Positions 28,458 to 40,909 of a stretch of 64,000 nt of DNA are shown here, one piece after another. The notes below the pieces were generated by a model. It did not search any database. It worked only from the letters and a program-made list of their open reading frames with translations, and was not told the DNA's origin. Origin of the DNA: Dimorphilus gyrociliatus (lineage: Eukaryota > Animalia > Annelida). Within the stretch, counting starts at the first letter, position 1, and each line of letters begins with the position of its first letter. The stretch is from contig CAJFCJ010000006.1 of NCBI GenBank assembly GCA_904063045.1, positions 620,001-684,000 of the forward strand, read 5' to 3'. The translations under genes and the position numbers were made by a program.

Positions 28458-28779
28458 CGTTTGATACACTTATTTTGGTTTGTAGCAAGTTTTTAGATGC
28501 TAGAAGTAATTTTTTAAAACAATATAAATATATTTACGTCATTTAAGAGTAAAGACAATAAAATCTCATTGATTGAGATTATTTAATTTTATGTTTCAAC
28601 TATTCTTTATTTGATTGATACATCTTTTAATAAATCAATAGTAACGTAAAGCCTTTTTCATTGGCATATTAATATATACTAGAATTTAGTGTTATAAAAC
28701 TTTTGCAAATAAATTCTGAAAAAAAACTTAGTTATAAATTCAAGAGAACTATGAAATTTAGAAATTGATAAGAGATCAT

Positions 28780-29466
28780 TTATTGGTTGTATGTTAAAGA
28801 ATCCGACAAACTCGGAGTCAGAATAGAATTTCGGGAAGGGATATTTTTACTTATGTTGCATCGAAGCTTCAATTTCCAGCTGTTATCGTCCAAGGAGAGA
28901 TAGTTGTGAAAAATGATCTGTCCAGCAAGCTCCTTTAAAAAACAAAAATCAATTAATTTTTCACTCAAACAATAAACATAAACTACCTCAGCTGTCATTG
29001 AACATTGGTCAAATCTATATTGAAATAGAACATTGACATTGTCGATATCAGTAGAATTACATCCGTTAAGTCGTAGTTTAGTGGCATTAATTGAGTATCT
29101 TTCATAGAATTCTTCTCGGTTAAGATTTACTTTCATCAAATTGTTAGAGCAGGTTAAGTCGACTGCACGTAGAGAATTCAAGGTTGTTTTAGGAGAGCTT
29201 GTTGATGGATTTGTTGAAAAGATTTCAGTTGTGGTTGTGGACTCAAGCATAAGTCTTTCACAAAAGATTCCAGTTCGAGGTGGTTTGCACAAACATTTAA
29301 AATCGTAAAAATCTGTACTATTCTCCTGTTTAATACACTCGTATCCCCGACATAAATCAATCACAAAATCACAAATGTGTGAATCGGATAAATGAATGGC
29401 TATTCCACATAAGAATATATAGAGTAGTCTGGAGAATGAATGTATACAATAAAAATATAACTTCAT
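28780..29466 (-). CDS. Secreted EGF + Ser/Thr linker + isolated ZP-N domain protein (54-nt intron 28933-28986)
   Basis: Signal peptide, 6-Cys EGF, STTTT linker, then VDLTCSNNLMKV...GC...FQYRFDQCSMT...IFHNYL...LRC (four-Cys ZP-N pattern). The ORF-track segment VVYVYCLSEKLIDFCFLK is a stop-free GT..AG intron. Confidence 0.75.
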   Translation of the reverse strand: MKLYFYCIHSFSRLLYIFLCGIAIHLSDSHICDFVIDLCRGYECIKQENSTDFYDFKCLCKPPRTGIFCERLMLESTTTTEIFSTNPSTSSPKTTLNSLRAVDLTCSNNLMKVNLNREEFYERYSINATKLRLNGCNSTDIDNVNVLFQYRFDQCSMTAEVVYVYCLSEKLIDFCFLKELAGQIIFHNYLSLDDNSWKLKLRCNISKNIPSRNSILTPSLSDSLTYNQ

Positions 29467-29607
29467 TTTCGTTCTACTTACTTTGCCCTCATGACACCAG
29501 TTTGATCGTGTGCTTTAGATTAAGACTGAAATTGAACTGAATGACAATAAATTTATTACCACTAACATCGATAAGACACATATTGACTTTTTACAATATA
29601 CACTTTA

Positions 29608-31029
29608 TTATATGACTGTCCCTATGATCATTGATAAAAAAAGAGCAATATACATATGACAAACACTAGATAACATACTCGACTTTGATGATTTTTTGTG
29701 CTTGTAATAATAAATACCATCATCAGGTAAAGTTTCCAATTCAAGGCATTCCTGTACAAGAAAACAGTTAAAACTTTCATGTTCAAATTCGTGATAAACG
29801 AATCCTATGCAATCAAGTGCATAGGAGCATGTGATAGCACAGTCAGATAAGGTTCCACTCATTTTCGAAATTAAACTTTCGAAGGATCCATCGTTTGTAT
29901 TTACTCCATCGCAAGTTTGTTTTTTCTTCTCAAAGTTTTCGAAGAGGTTAAAATATAGTTTTATGTTTAATTCTGTGAATAGGGGTCGTAGTCTCCTAGA
30001 TGTTAAAGAATAATGAGTTGAAGATAGCCCATCCAAAGTATATAGATGTTCTCTATTGAACCTACTGTAATCATACTGTGAATCATCTAAATTTGGTCTC
30101 TTCCACCTAATGGAGGATGTAGCAGTACTGACCAAGAACGGTAATCGCTTAACATATCTTTTCAACTTTATTTCTAGTCTTTTCATGAAATCAGTGAAAA
30201 AAGCTTTTGAATCGAAAAAGCTATTGGTGAAGCCATTGACCCTAACGAAGTCAAGTTTCGAACAAATGAAAATGCCATTGGATACATCATATCCACTGTT
30301 TGTGTAGTTATTAGAGTCAACATAAGTGCCAACGTCTCGAGGGGCAAAAGAGCAACTTAATATGTTTCTATCGTCTAGTAGTAACAGCTGAGAATCATAA
30401 AATATGAGACAATCAAAATTTGGCCATAATTTTGTGGCTTCTTGAAATCCGGCATTATATAAATATCCATCATTTTGTCTTTCGCCCTGTTGCTTTAAAG
30501 AAAATATTTGAAATTCCAATAATTGTTTTCGCAAAATGAAATGTAACTGTCTTATAGCTATTATAAATGATTGCTCTTCATCTGGTCGATAGATTATAAA
30601 AACTGCCACGCTCCACCGAGGAATACATGAGACGGGTGAATAAGGCTGGCCCTGAATTTTGTCTTGAAATTCTTCCTGGATAGCAGTCAAAGAGAGGGTT
30701 CTTTGCTTGAATTCTACTGACCCTACTAAAATTCAACTAAATTAGTGGCACTATCAAGTAATTAAGCACTTACGTAATGTTTCAGGAACACAGGGGCACA
30801 TTTGATTAAAGCTGAAAATTTTCTTTCTCGTTCTCTCACATTCTTGCTCGAGTTTTACTAAAGCATTCCTGACCTCATATTCATAACCTCTCTCACGAAA
30901 TTTTTCCAAAGAGCTTTTTAGCTCCGTCTTACGAAGTGATTTGAGAAGAATAACTAGTGATATTAAAACAAGAGTGATCGTTACACATTGTCGAAGAGTA
31001 ATTCGACCAAGTGTGGGAAAAAATCTCAT
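29608..31029 (-). CDS. Degenerate beta-1,4-galactosyltransferase (GT7) fold + PAN/apple-like domain + hydrophobic C-tail (exons 31029-30774 and ~30725-29608)
   Basis: Type II anchor, CPCVPETLLGSVEF, CIPRWSVAVFIIYR, FDCLIFYDSQLL, DDRNILSC, FVRVNGFTNSF, DGLSSTHY. C-terminal C-x3-C-x5-C-IGFVY-x8-CFL pattern. In-frame splice through a TAGTAG acceptor. Confidence 0.8.
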
Positions 31030-31536
31030 GCCTTATTTTGTAAACCTGAAAAATATCGAGAAAGAAGTATCGATTCACACTCAATAAGGCTAACCTGCTT
31101 TAGGATCAATATTAATTTAAATAATCTCAATACACGAGTCCTTATTTCTTATGTTCCCTTCAATGTTTTTGTCTCTGTTGCAGCTTTTGTTTAATATTTA
31201 AATAAGAGTTCAAAAATTTGCCATTGTTTTTATTACTATTGATCTTCAGAATGAAAGTAACATTTCCTCCAGTTCGCCTTTTAAAACTACATACATTCCT
31301 AATTTAGTAGTCTTCAGTAAACTAGACGACATTAAAAATATCAAGTTTTACTTTATTTGGCCTATTATAATATATATAATTATTGGATTACTATCTTCAA
31401 TATTTTATAATGAGGAATACCCTATTATAACAACACTATCAATACAGTTCTCATATTTTGTATGAATGACATATATTCAAAAAAATATTACTTAACTACT
31501 CGTTTGGGACAGAGTAAATATGTATTACATGAAAAG

Positions 31537-33483
31537 CTACGATTCTGAAGCAAACGGTACACGAATCTTGCCACCTAAAAGCTTTGATAAAGCAGACTCG
31601 CAGGGTTTCATCACGTTTACACTGTCTTTAAAACGTCTATGAACTTCAGATAGCAGACTGTCTCCTATCTTTAAGTATTTCATCTCAGCACATATTTCGT
31701 CGTATTCTGATAATTCCATAAATAAAGTACAAATATTTTCGACAACCACAGCATTATCCTTATGTTGCTCGTATGCATCAATGATGAGTGGCAAACCTCG
31801 AACTTCGTTTCCTCCGCTTTCATTTGATAACACTCTGTAAGCACTCTCCTCATCAGCTTCAACAAGGGATGCCAAAGTCATGCACGCATTTTTAACAACT
31901 TTAGCACAGTTTTTGTGTTGAGAAAGTGATTTAACCAATTTCCCAACACAATCAGCGTCAGAAATTTTCTTTTGATTTTCATCTTCCAAAGATAATGCCA
32001 AAAGGGCAGCGCTGGCATTTTCCACAGCTTCAGTATCTCCTCCTTGAGTATCTAAAGTTTTAATGACATCCAGAACTCCCTCTAGTTCTGTTGCAAGTCG
32101 ACAATTTTCTTCATTAACTGTCAAGTTCCAAAGAGCTTCACATGCAATAGAAAGCAATCGTGTTTTGGATTCAAAGGCTCGCATAGCTTCAATAATTGAT
32201 TTTATACCACTTGAATCCCCTATAAACTTTGAAGCTTCATCGTTAACTGCAAATACGCCTAATAGCTTTATAGCAATTAATTGAATATCTAAACTGTTGG
32301 AATGTTTTTTCATGGCAGAAAGAACCAGTGAAATTGTGTCTCTAGAATATAAGATGTCATCAATATTTGCTGATGATATCATATTCAGAATTGTCTGGCA
32401 GCCCGCAACTTGTATTTCAACATTCAATGGATGTAATTTTGTAGCTTTTGTTATTAACTCTTTGGCTGATTTCCCATAGTCTACAATTCCATCTCCATTA
32501 TTTAATTCCGTCAATTCAACTAAATAAGTTAGGGCTGGCAAAGCGTTACTCTCATTACCTGCATGAAGCGTTAAAAAATCTATAACAGCATCAAATCCCT
32601 CACCCTTTGGTACAGAAATTTCGTATTCGACGTCTCTTTTTTCGGCTAAGGTCGAACCACTTAGTAACAGGCACTCTTTCACATAAGGAACTTTTAAGAG
32701 TTCACTTGTAGTTGGACGTTGATGAAAATCAATTGTTAACATATTGCTAACTAACTCAATCATCTGTTCGGAGTATTGATCTTTTACTTGGTCCAGAATT
32801 TCTTTAACAGCCTTAGGATTCTGCTTGATTTCATACAGTTTGCCTGTTATTTCTGTACTATCAATAATGGTGCAAGTCAGCATTTCAAAAATTATGCACC
32901 CAACACTCCAGATATCGGTTCTCTCGTCATATGCTTTGTTTAAAACTTCAGGAGCCATCCATGTTGTTGTTCCGACAGGAGATCGAGCTTTAGTTCGCAC
33001 ATCTTCTATAACGGTTGCTACACCAAAATCACCTATGGAAAGGCTATTGTCATCTTGTATGAAAATATTGCTAGGTTTAAGGTCCCTATGAATAATTCCT
33101 TTTTTGTGAATGTAAACAAGTGCCTCTAGAATTTGACCAAGCCACTTTTTTATCGTAATTTCTCGCAAGTTTTCTTTTGTTTCATGATATTTTTTTAAAA
33201 CGCTATGCAGGTCTCCATTCGAATAAAAGTCCATTGCTATACAAACATACATCGAAGAATCATCTTTATCCCAATAAACAAACATTTCTTTATAGGCACA
33301 TATATATGTGTTTGATAGTTTCTTAAGGTGCTGTGCTTCTCTAAAAGCCTTATTTGCTTCGTTTTCATCTTTACACTCAATTTTCTTAAGAACATATTTC
33401 TTGCCCTCTAATTTATGTTCAGCAAGTTGAACTCTACCTTGAGCTCCTCTCCCTAATTTTTTGATGATTCTATAATCATCCAT
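31537..33483 (-). CDS. STKLD1: Ser/Thr kinase (NEK-like) with C-terminal armadillo-like repeats, STKLD1-like; intronless
   Basis: GRGAQG, VLKK, HRDLKPSN, DFG and APE motifs. The insert YKEMFVYWDKDDSSMYVCIAM resembles STKLD1. The helical ARM-like C-half contains ACEALWNL and NACMTLASL. Confidence 0.8.
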   Translation of the reverse strand: MDDYRIIKKLGRGAQGRVQLAEHKLEGKKYVLKKIECKDENEANKAFREAQHLKKLSNTYICAYKEMFVYWDKDDSSMYVCIAMDFYSNGDLHSVLKKYHETKENLREITIKKWLGQILEALVYIHKKGIIHRDLKPSNIFIQDDNSLSIGDFGVATVIEDVRTKARSPVGTTTWMAPEVLNKAYDERTDIWSVGCIIFEMLTCTIIDSTEITGKLYEIKQNPKAVKEILDQVKDQYSEQMIELVSNMLTIDFHQRPTTSELLKVPYVKECLLLSGSTLAEKRDVEYEISVPKGEGFDAVIDFLTLHAGNESNALPALTYLVELTELNNGDGIVDYGKSAKELITKATKLHPLNVEIQVAGCQTILNMISSANIDDILYSRDTISLVLSAMKKHSNSLDIQLIAIKLLGVFAVNDEASKFIGDSSGIKSIIEAMRAFESKTRLLSIACEALWNLTVNEENCRLATELEGVLDVIKTLDTQGGDTEAVENASAALLALSLEDENQKKISDADCVGKLVKSLSQHKNCAKVVKNACMTLASLVEADEESAYRVLSNESGGNEVRGLPLIIDAYEQHKDNAVVVENICTLFMELSEYDEICAEMKYLKIGDSLLSEVHRRFKDSVNVMKPCESALSKLLGGKIRVPFASES

Positions 33484-33622
33484 CGTGAGAAAATTTCAAG
33501 CCGGATGTGTACGTTGTTGCTATATGCACAACGCATGCTCGAGTTACGGTGGCGCTACCTAACGGTTGTTATTACAGTTTATATCTTTTGAGGGAAAACA
33601 GTCAACTCCGTTTCTTAAAGTT

Positions 33623-34699
33623 ATGGATCTGACAAACGAATGGAATGGTATTACTGAAGAAATAAGACTGCTCAAAATCAGTCCGAGAAGCATACCTGCT
33701 TTAGCAAATCTTCCAAAAAATTCGAAATTTAAATTTCGTAAAATATCAATTTACAGCTTTTTAATAGTTATCTTAGCCTTTTTAATTTTCCATGGGTCTT
33801 CATATGTAAAAGATGTCATAGAATTAAATGAAACTTGTTTCATCCAAGTTCCAGAATCGATTTCTCTTGCATTTAGACCTGCAATGGACTGCAATCTCTG
33901 TAAAAATGTTCGAAAAGTACACAGAGTCTCAAAAATCAGCGTAGAAAAGTTTGAGAAATATTATGCTTATTCTCAACAGCCTGTTATAATTACTGATGCT
34001 ATGAAAAACTGGTCAGCCTCAGCAGCATTTAATTTTGAATATTTTAAAAAATTATTTGGAAATGAAGAAGTTCATTCTGGCGACATGTGCCAATTCTTTC
34101 CTTACAAAACTCATTTTAAATCTCTTGGCGAAGCAATGAATATGAGCTCCAGCTATATGAAAAATACAAAGTGGTATATCGGATGGTTTGTAAAAGGAAT
34201 TGTTATATCTAGTTATTTTTAAGATTCTTTGTAGGAGCAACTGTGATCCATTCGCAACTACCGAACTCAGAAATCACTATAGTAAGCCCTACTTTCTGCC
34301 AAGATTTTCAGAATCAAGCCGTACTGATTGGATTTTTATGGGCAGTCCAGGATATGGCGCGTCGATGCATGTAAGTCTAATAAGTATTTATTTAGTTGAA
34401 TAACTTGCACTCGTTCTTTTAGATTGATCGCGTTGGGAAGCCATCATGGCAAGCTCAAGTTAAAGGACAGAAACTATGGACATTGGAACCGGCCCCAGAA
34501 TGCTACTTATCTTGTAAAAATAGAATCCAAGTCACAGTAAATCCAGGCGAAATCAGTAAGCGATTAAATTTAATATTTTTATTTAAAAATTGAGCATAGC
34601 TTTTATGTTTTAGTTGTTTTGGACACAAACTATTGGTTTCATTCTACAAGGATAATAGGGAGCAGTAATAGCATCACTATTGGATCTGAGTATGATTGA
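33623..34699 (+). CDS. Type II membrane JmjC/cupin-fold protein (multi-exon)
   Basis: TM segment ISIYSFLIVILAFLIF; YAYSQQPVIITDAMKNW; WIFMGSPGYGASMH|IDRVGKPSWQAQVKGQKLW; VVLDTNYWFHST; stop TGA 34697-34699. Confidence 0.8.
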
Positions 34700-35004
34700 G
34701 ACTTGACAGTTTCGAAATTGCAATTTCATTTTCTAATGGAAAATTACTACCGTAAAATTACTTCGACGTTCATTTTTTTCTTTAATAATATACTTAGTTT
34801 TTATGTGTCAATGTCGCCTTTCTTCTTGCAACATAAAAGTAGAACAATCGCAAAACAATTGCCAAATGTATTAATCATCGAAAAATTACAATTATTAAAA
34901 ATATTTTTCTATAAAATTAAATAGCGTTATATATAACAATATGTCAAGTCAATATCATAATTTGCATAAATATGTAAAAAGCGTTGAAGTAGTTACAGAC
35001 ATAT

Positions 35005-35672
<668 letters not shown>

Positions 35673-36650
35673 TTACAAAATTTATATAGTTTCACATTTA
35701 TCTATACATCACTTATAGTACTACCGTTGAGTGACTGAAGTTCTCAAAATAAGGAAAGGATTAGCTCAAAAAGATTTATCGCAAAATCTATTATTGGCTA
35801 GCTACTGACCTGAGAATTCGCCGCCATTGCTGGTCTAAACTACAACCGTTTTCCGAACAAGCAAAAAAAAAAAGAGTACAAATCAAGCATCCAAATTAAA
35901 TATATCGAAAACAATTTCATTAAATTCGATCTAGAATTCAGATTCGTGGAGAAAAGCATGGGAATTTCTGAAAAATCGTGGAACTTACCGAGCAAAATTT
36001 TCTTAACCAACCCGGAAACTATAAGAACGCGCATGCGTGAAATATCCATTTCCACTACGTCAGCTCATTCTATATATAAAACTGGTAGGTTTCCCGCTTC
36101 TCTCATACGCCTAATTCTGCATAGGACCAATTCAAATCGCAAGAATGATACCTTAAGAATTTATCGAAGGAACTTTTTATTAATACTGAGAAAATTACCG
36201 GTATGAAATGGAAGTTTTAGAATATGGTTCGGGAAGATTACCCTCTTATCTACACAGATCACATCAACGACAAAAATAGGTATGCAAAACGCAAAAATCT
36301 CAGTCTGTCCCTTGTGACGTTAGAGCACTGTGGCGTCAAAAAAATGCTCTTTCGACCTTCTTATAGAAATTCAATTTGGGAAAATATAAGTTGTAACATA
36401 TCGATTTGTGTGTTGTTATATAGGCCTAGGGCTTGCATACTTTTTGCTAACTCAATTTAACAAGTCTAAAAAATAAAATTTTAATGAATTAAGACGTATT
36501 TTCATAGTACGCGCTGATTTTGATTTGAACCTTGAAGAGTGCTTTATAAAAAATTTTGGTAATATCAGGCTATGCGAGAGAGCATTTATCGATTGCGATA
36601 TTGCTATTCTCTGCAGATGTGTTTGACTTTTCTATGTCGACATTAATAGG

Positions 36651-39562
36651 ATGCCAGTGAAAGAAACTACAGGCTACCGCCCTGGATTCCCAAGTTTACC
36701 TTGTACACGTTGGGATAGTGAAAGAGACCAGGTCGATGTGGAATACAAACGCTTTTCTGGGAGAACATCCTGTTTTCAAGGACGAAAAGGCTTGGTTTTA
36801 AAACTTCTACTTTTAGTTGTAATTTTTCTGGTAGGGCTTATTATAGGATACGCCATTCGACGAAAAATTCAACCGATATATGAAGTACACCACTCAAAGC
36901 AACTTTCTATCATTTCGAAAACAAACTTAAATACTTTGAAATCTCACAGTATGATAGATAATCAAATCATCGGCAATCAAATCAGGTATAGCAAACTTGT
37001 TACATTTCTAAACTAAATAAATTTGATTTCTGTTTTTTTAGAAATCTTTCTCAGACAGTTCATTTAACGGCTACAGGAGACAATGTACACTTGGGAAGAA
37101 TTTTACACAGGCAGCTAGTTAGCTATGGACTTGAAGTTATCAGGAAAAATTATTCTGTTTTAGTCTCATCTTTAAACTAGTGAGTTAAATGAAAGCTTTA
37201 TTTATTTCTATCTAAGACAAGCGTTTATTTAAATAGCGCAAAACCTAACAAAATTCTACTTCAGGACTCTACAGGGACAACAGTATTCGCTGGTATGCAA
37301 AATTATATGTACTGTAAATTTATTTTGAATCTTATATTATCGGTTTAACAGTGAAGTATAGGGGGAAAAATGACGAATTTCATGTAGAATACTCTCCTTT
37401 TTCGTCATGGTCCCCTAGTGGAGTAGCATCTGGTAAACCTGTCTATGCTAACTTCGGAAGAGAAAGAGATTTTAGGACTTTGAAAAGTCTTAATATATCT
37501 GTGAAAAGTAATATTGTTATAATCAGATATAAACGGCATTTTCCAACTGCCAGTGCAGTACGAAATGCAGTGGAGAACGAGGCTGCGGGTGTTTTACTCT
37601 ACCCAGACCCCGCACAATTTACAGATATGTTTCATGATCACTTGGAAGCTTATCCTAAAAGTAAATGGCTACCGAGTTGGGCTGTGGTACGAAGTCAGTT
37701 AAGCATTTTTATGGGAGATTTACTAACTCCTGATTTACCAGCTATAAGTAAATTTAAACTAATAACAACAATGTTAATATATTACTGATGAAATGATATT
37801 CCAGCTGGAATGCAAAGAAAGTCGATTGAGGAATGCAAGAACTTACTTCCCTCCATTCCATGCCAACCTATCAGCTTTAGTGATGCTGAGATCCTTCTTT
37901 CGTGAGCATTTAAAATTTTTGTCGACTAACTAAACTTTGTATGAATTTTAGAAATATGGCTGGCTCAAATAATTTCTCAGTCCCAATTGATTTCATAGGA
38001 GGTTTGAATATATCATACAATATTGGCCCAGGATATGATAATGAAAAAAAAAACTTTTCAATTTATATGCAAACAAATAATGAAATGTTAACTAGAAATA
38101 TTTCAAACGTGTTAGCAATTATTTGGGGTTCTGAAGAGTCGGATCGTTATGTTATTATTGGAAATCATTATGATGCTTGGTTGACAGGAGCAGTTGACCC
38201 TATTTCTGGTACGGCAATTTTGCAAGAAATATCGAGGAGTTTGGGGGAGCGCGTAAAATCCGGGTGGAAACCGCGAAGAACTATTATAATTGCTCATTGG
38301 GATGCGGCAATGCAAGGTTACTTAGGTTCAGTTGAATGGATACAAGAATTTAAACAAGAATTAGAACATAATTCTGTTATGTATATTGATGTGAGCACAC
38401 CAGTTACTGGTAGGCTTATAATTATTTCTGTTCCCTTAAAATAAAGGTATAATTTACTCAGGAAATTATACAATGGAAGCAACTGCTAACCCTATTTTAC
38501 ATGAACTGCTATGGGAGAGTTTAAGACAGTCTGAACCCTGGAATAACTCAACTGAAGCAAAAAGTGCATATGATTTATGGTTAAAACGCTGTCGGCTGAA
38601 AGATGAGAGAAACAGGCCTGAGTAAGAATAATTTAGGTTATTTTTATTATAAACAACTTCTGAGTAACACGTACAGAATTTGGAGTTTGGAAAGTAACGA
38701 CTCTGATAGGGATGGTTTTGTTTTTATACTAGGAATACCTTCTTGCCATCTTCAGCTTGCTCCTGAACGGGGTTCTGGTGATGAGTTATTTCCTTCGCAT
38801 ACCACTGCAACTGATACATACAATTATGTTTCCAAATTCGTTGACAACTCATTCATGTCACATAAAAGTTATGCTCAAATTATCTTGGAGATTCTTTTTA
38901 GAACAGCTACAGTTCCCAAACTCCCTTTCAGAATAACCAAACTAGGAAAGTATCTGGAGAAAGAGTACCAAAGACTACAATTAAATATTGAAAGCAAAAA
39001 CTTGCTTCGAAAATTCCCTTTGGGTGAGTCATAATTTATTTAAAACTTTCCTTTCATGAAAACTTTGCATTTTACAACTTATATAGATATATTTCAAAAT
39101 ACTCTCTTAAATTTCATAAAGAGTGCCGAAGCTATAGATTTTGAATTGGAATCTACTCCTGACGAAAGGTTGTTATTTCTAATAAAAAATAGATCTTTAC
39201 ATTATTATTTTTTCAATAGTACCCTAAGAATTAGGCAGTTGAATGATCAACTAATGAGTGTTTCTCGAGCTTTTATATGGTCAGAAGATATTCCAGGTCA
39301 TTTGAAAGGTCAAAGGTAATAACTATCACAAAAACTTACTGACGCCCTCAGCTTTACAAGTTTAAATATTTTTTTATTTTATTTTAGAAACGTCCTATTT
39401 GGAAGGACTTTTCGCGGTAATTCAGTCTTTCCAGGAATTTTCCAAACATTTCATGATTACGTAACCAAAAGTACAGACGAAAATGCTGTAAAAGTCAATC
39501 GACAAATATCGATAGTATCATACTGCTTAAAAGCTGCAGATAGTATCATTCAAATTCATTGA
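36651..39562 (+). CDS. M28B NAALADase/PSMA/transferrin-receptor family type II membrane protein, predicted catalytically inactive (multi-exon)
   Basis: TM segment LLLLVVIFLVGLIIGYAI; PA domain (YANFGRERDF, AAGVLLYPDP); IIGNHYDAW; AVDPISGTA; WKPRRTIIIAHWDA; helical C-domain RQLNDQLM; stop TGA 39560-39562. Confidence 0.85.
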
Positions 39563-40040
39563 AGTATCCTTTCTACATTTGTATATTATCAAATTTGTGC
39601 TTTTATGCCCGCATATTCGTAACTTTTTTAAGTCTAAGTAGATTCTATTCCATATAATTTTAATGTTTAATGTAATACTGTGCATCAAACGCCAAACTGT
39701 ATAGATTTATACTAAACGTTATTAGTTATATTTGGTATAATATTTTGAATAATATTGTCAATCAATTTAGTAAATCAACTCATATTTCAAATTTTTATCG
39801 GAAGCGGAAATTAACAAATGAGAGTTGTTTGAAGTCTATAAAAATACAAGGTACCTAATAAAATTTGATGTATCAAATAAATAAAGAATTCGTTAAGTGG
39901 TATTCTTTTAAATTTATCTAAAATCCTCTTAAGTCTAATTTTAAAAAAATTGTGATTTTATCCCTGAATAGTATTTGTTTATAAAATAGCACCCATTTAC
40001 AACCAACTACGAAAATAAGTTTTAACGGTTTTTAACTAAA

Positions 40041-40724
40041 ATGACCTCTACCCGTAAAGAAACTTTGAAAGATGACATGTCCCTTTCATATTGGACTGAG
40101 CGATGGGAAAATGGAAAGACTGGATGGCATAGAAATGACATAAATCCTGGATTAGTTGACAACGTCGAAAAACTTTTAAATGGCAGAAGTCAGGTGAAAA
40201 TATTCTTTCCTCTTTGTGGAAAAAGTATGGATATGAAATGGATGTATGATCAAGGCCATACTATTATTGGCGTTGAAGGTTTCTCGAAGGCAATTGAAGA
40301 GTTTTTTAAGGAAAATGATTTGGAATACACAAAAGAAGGGAGTGTGTATTCGACCAATGATAAGAGATTGATCATTCACAATCGAGACCTCTATGATTGT
40401 AATGTAGAATTACTAGGAAAGGTAGATGCTATCTGGGATCGTGGAAGTTTTGTAGCTATCAATTATTCTGATAGACCAAAATACATATCTTTAATGCAGT
40501 CATTTTGCACCCGTGAAACTCGATATTTATTGAATACACTGGTTTATGACACCAGTCTATTTAGCGGACCACCACTTTGCGCTACAAAAGATGATATTAA
40601 TAATTTAGTCTCTAGCTGGGCTACCATAGAAAAAGTCTACGAGACAGATGAATTAAATGACCGTTGGCGGGCAATTGGATTGAAATCTTTCATACGAGAG
40701 GTATTCTTAATAATTCCTAATTAG
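40041..40724 (+). CDS. TPMT: Thiopurine S-methyltransferase, intronless
   Basis: WTERWENGKTGWH, IFFPLCGKSMDMKW, AIWDRGSFVAI. Confidence 0.93.
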   Translation: MTSTRKETLKDDMSLSYWTERWENGKTGWHRNDINPGLVDNVEKLLNGRSQVKIFFPLCGKSMDMKWMYDQGHTIIGVEGFSKAIEEFFKENDLEYTKEGSVYSTNDKRLIIHNRDLYDCNVELLGKVDAIWDRGSFVAINYSDRPKYISLMQSFCTRETRYLLNTLVYDTSLFSGPPLCATKDDINNLVSSWATIEKVYETDELNDRWRAIGLKSFIREVFLIIPN

Positions 40725-40909
40725 ATACTATATCTAACACCCATCATAAAACACAGAATATACAATTTGACAGTATATGAATACATTGTCATTGTTACAA
40801 AAATTCTTTAGATAGTTTAAAAGATGATTTTCAATTACAAAAATGTATTGTCCGTATTTAAATATGACTGCAGACGAGTAATTACATGATATAAACTAAA
40901 AGATGTTTG

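Noticed and set aside
39564-39572. GTATCCTTT, a U12-type donor consensus
   Set aside because: It lies 2 nt after a stop codon, and no U12 branch point (CCTTAAC) is visible downstream; probably chance.
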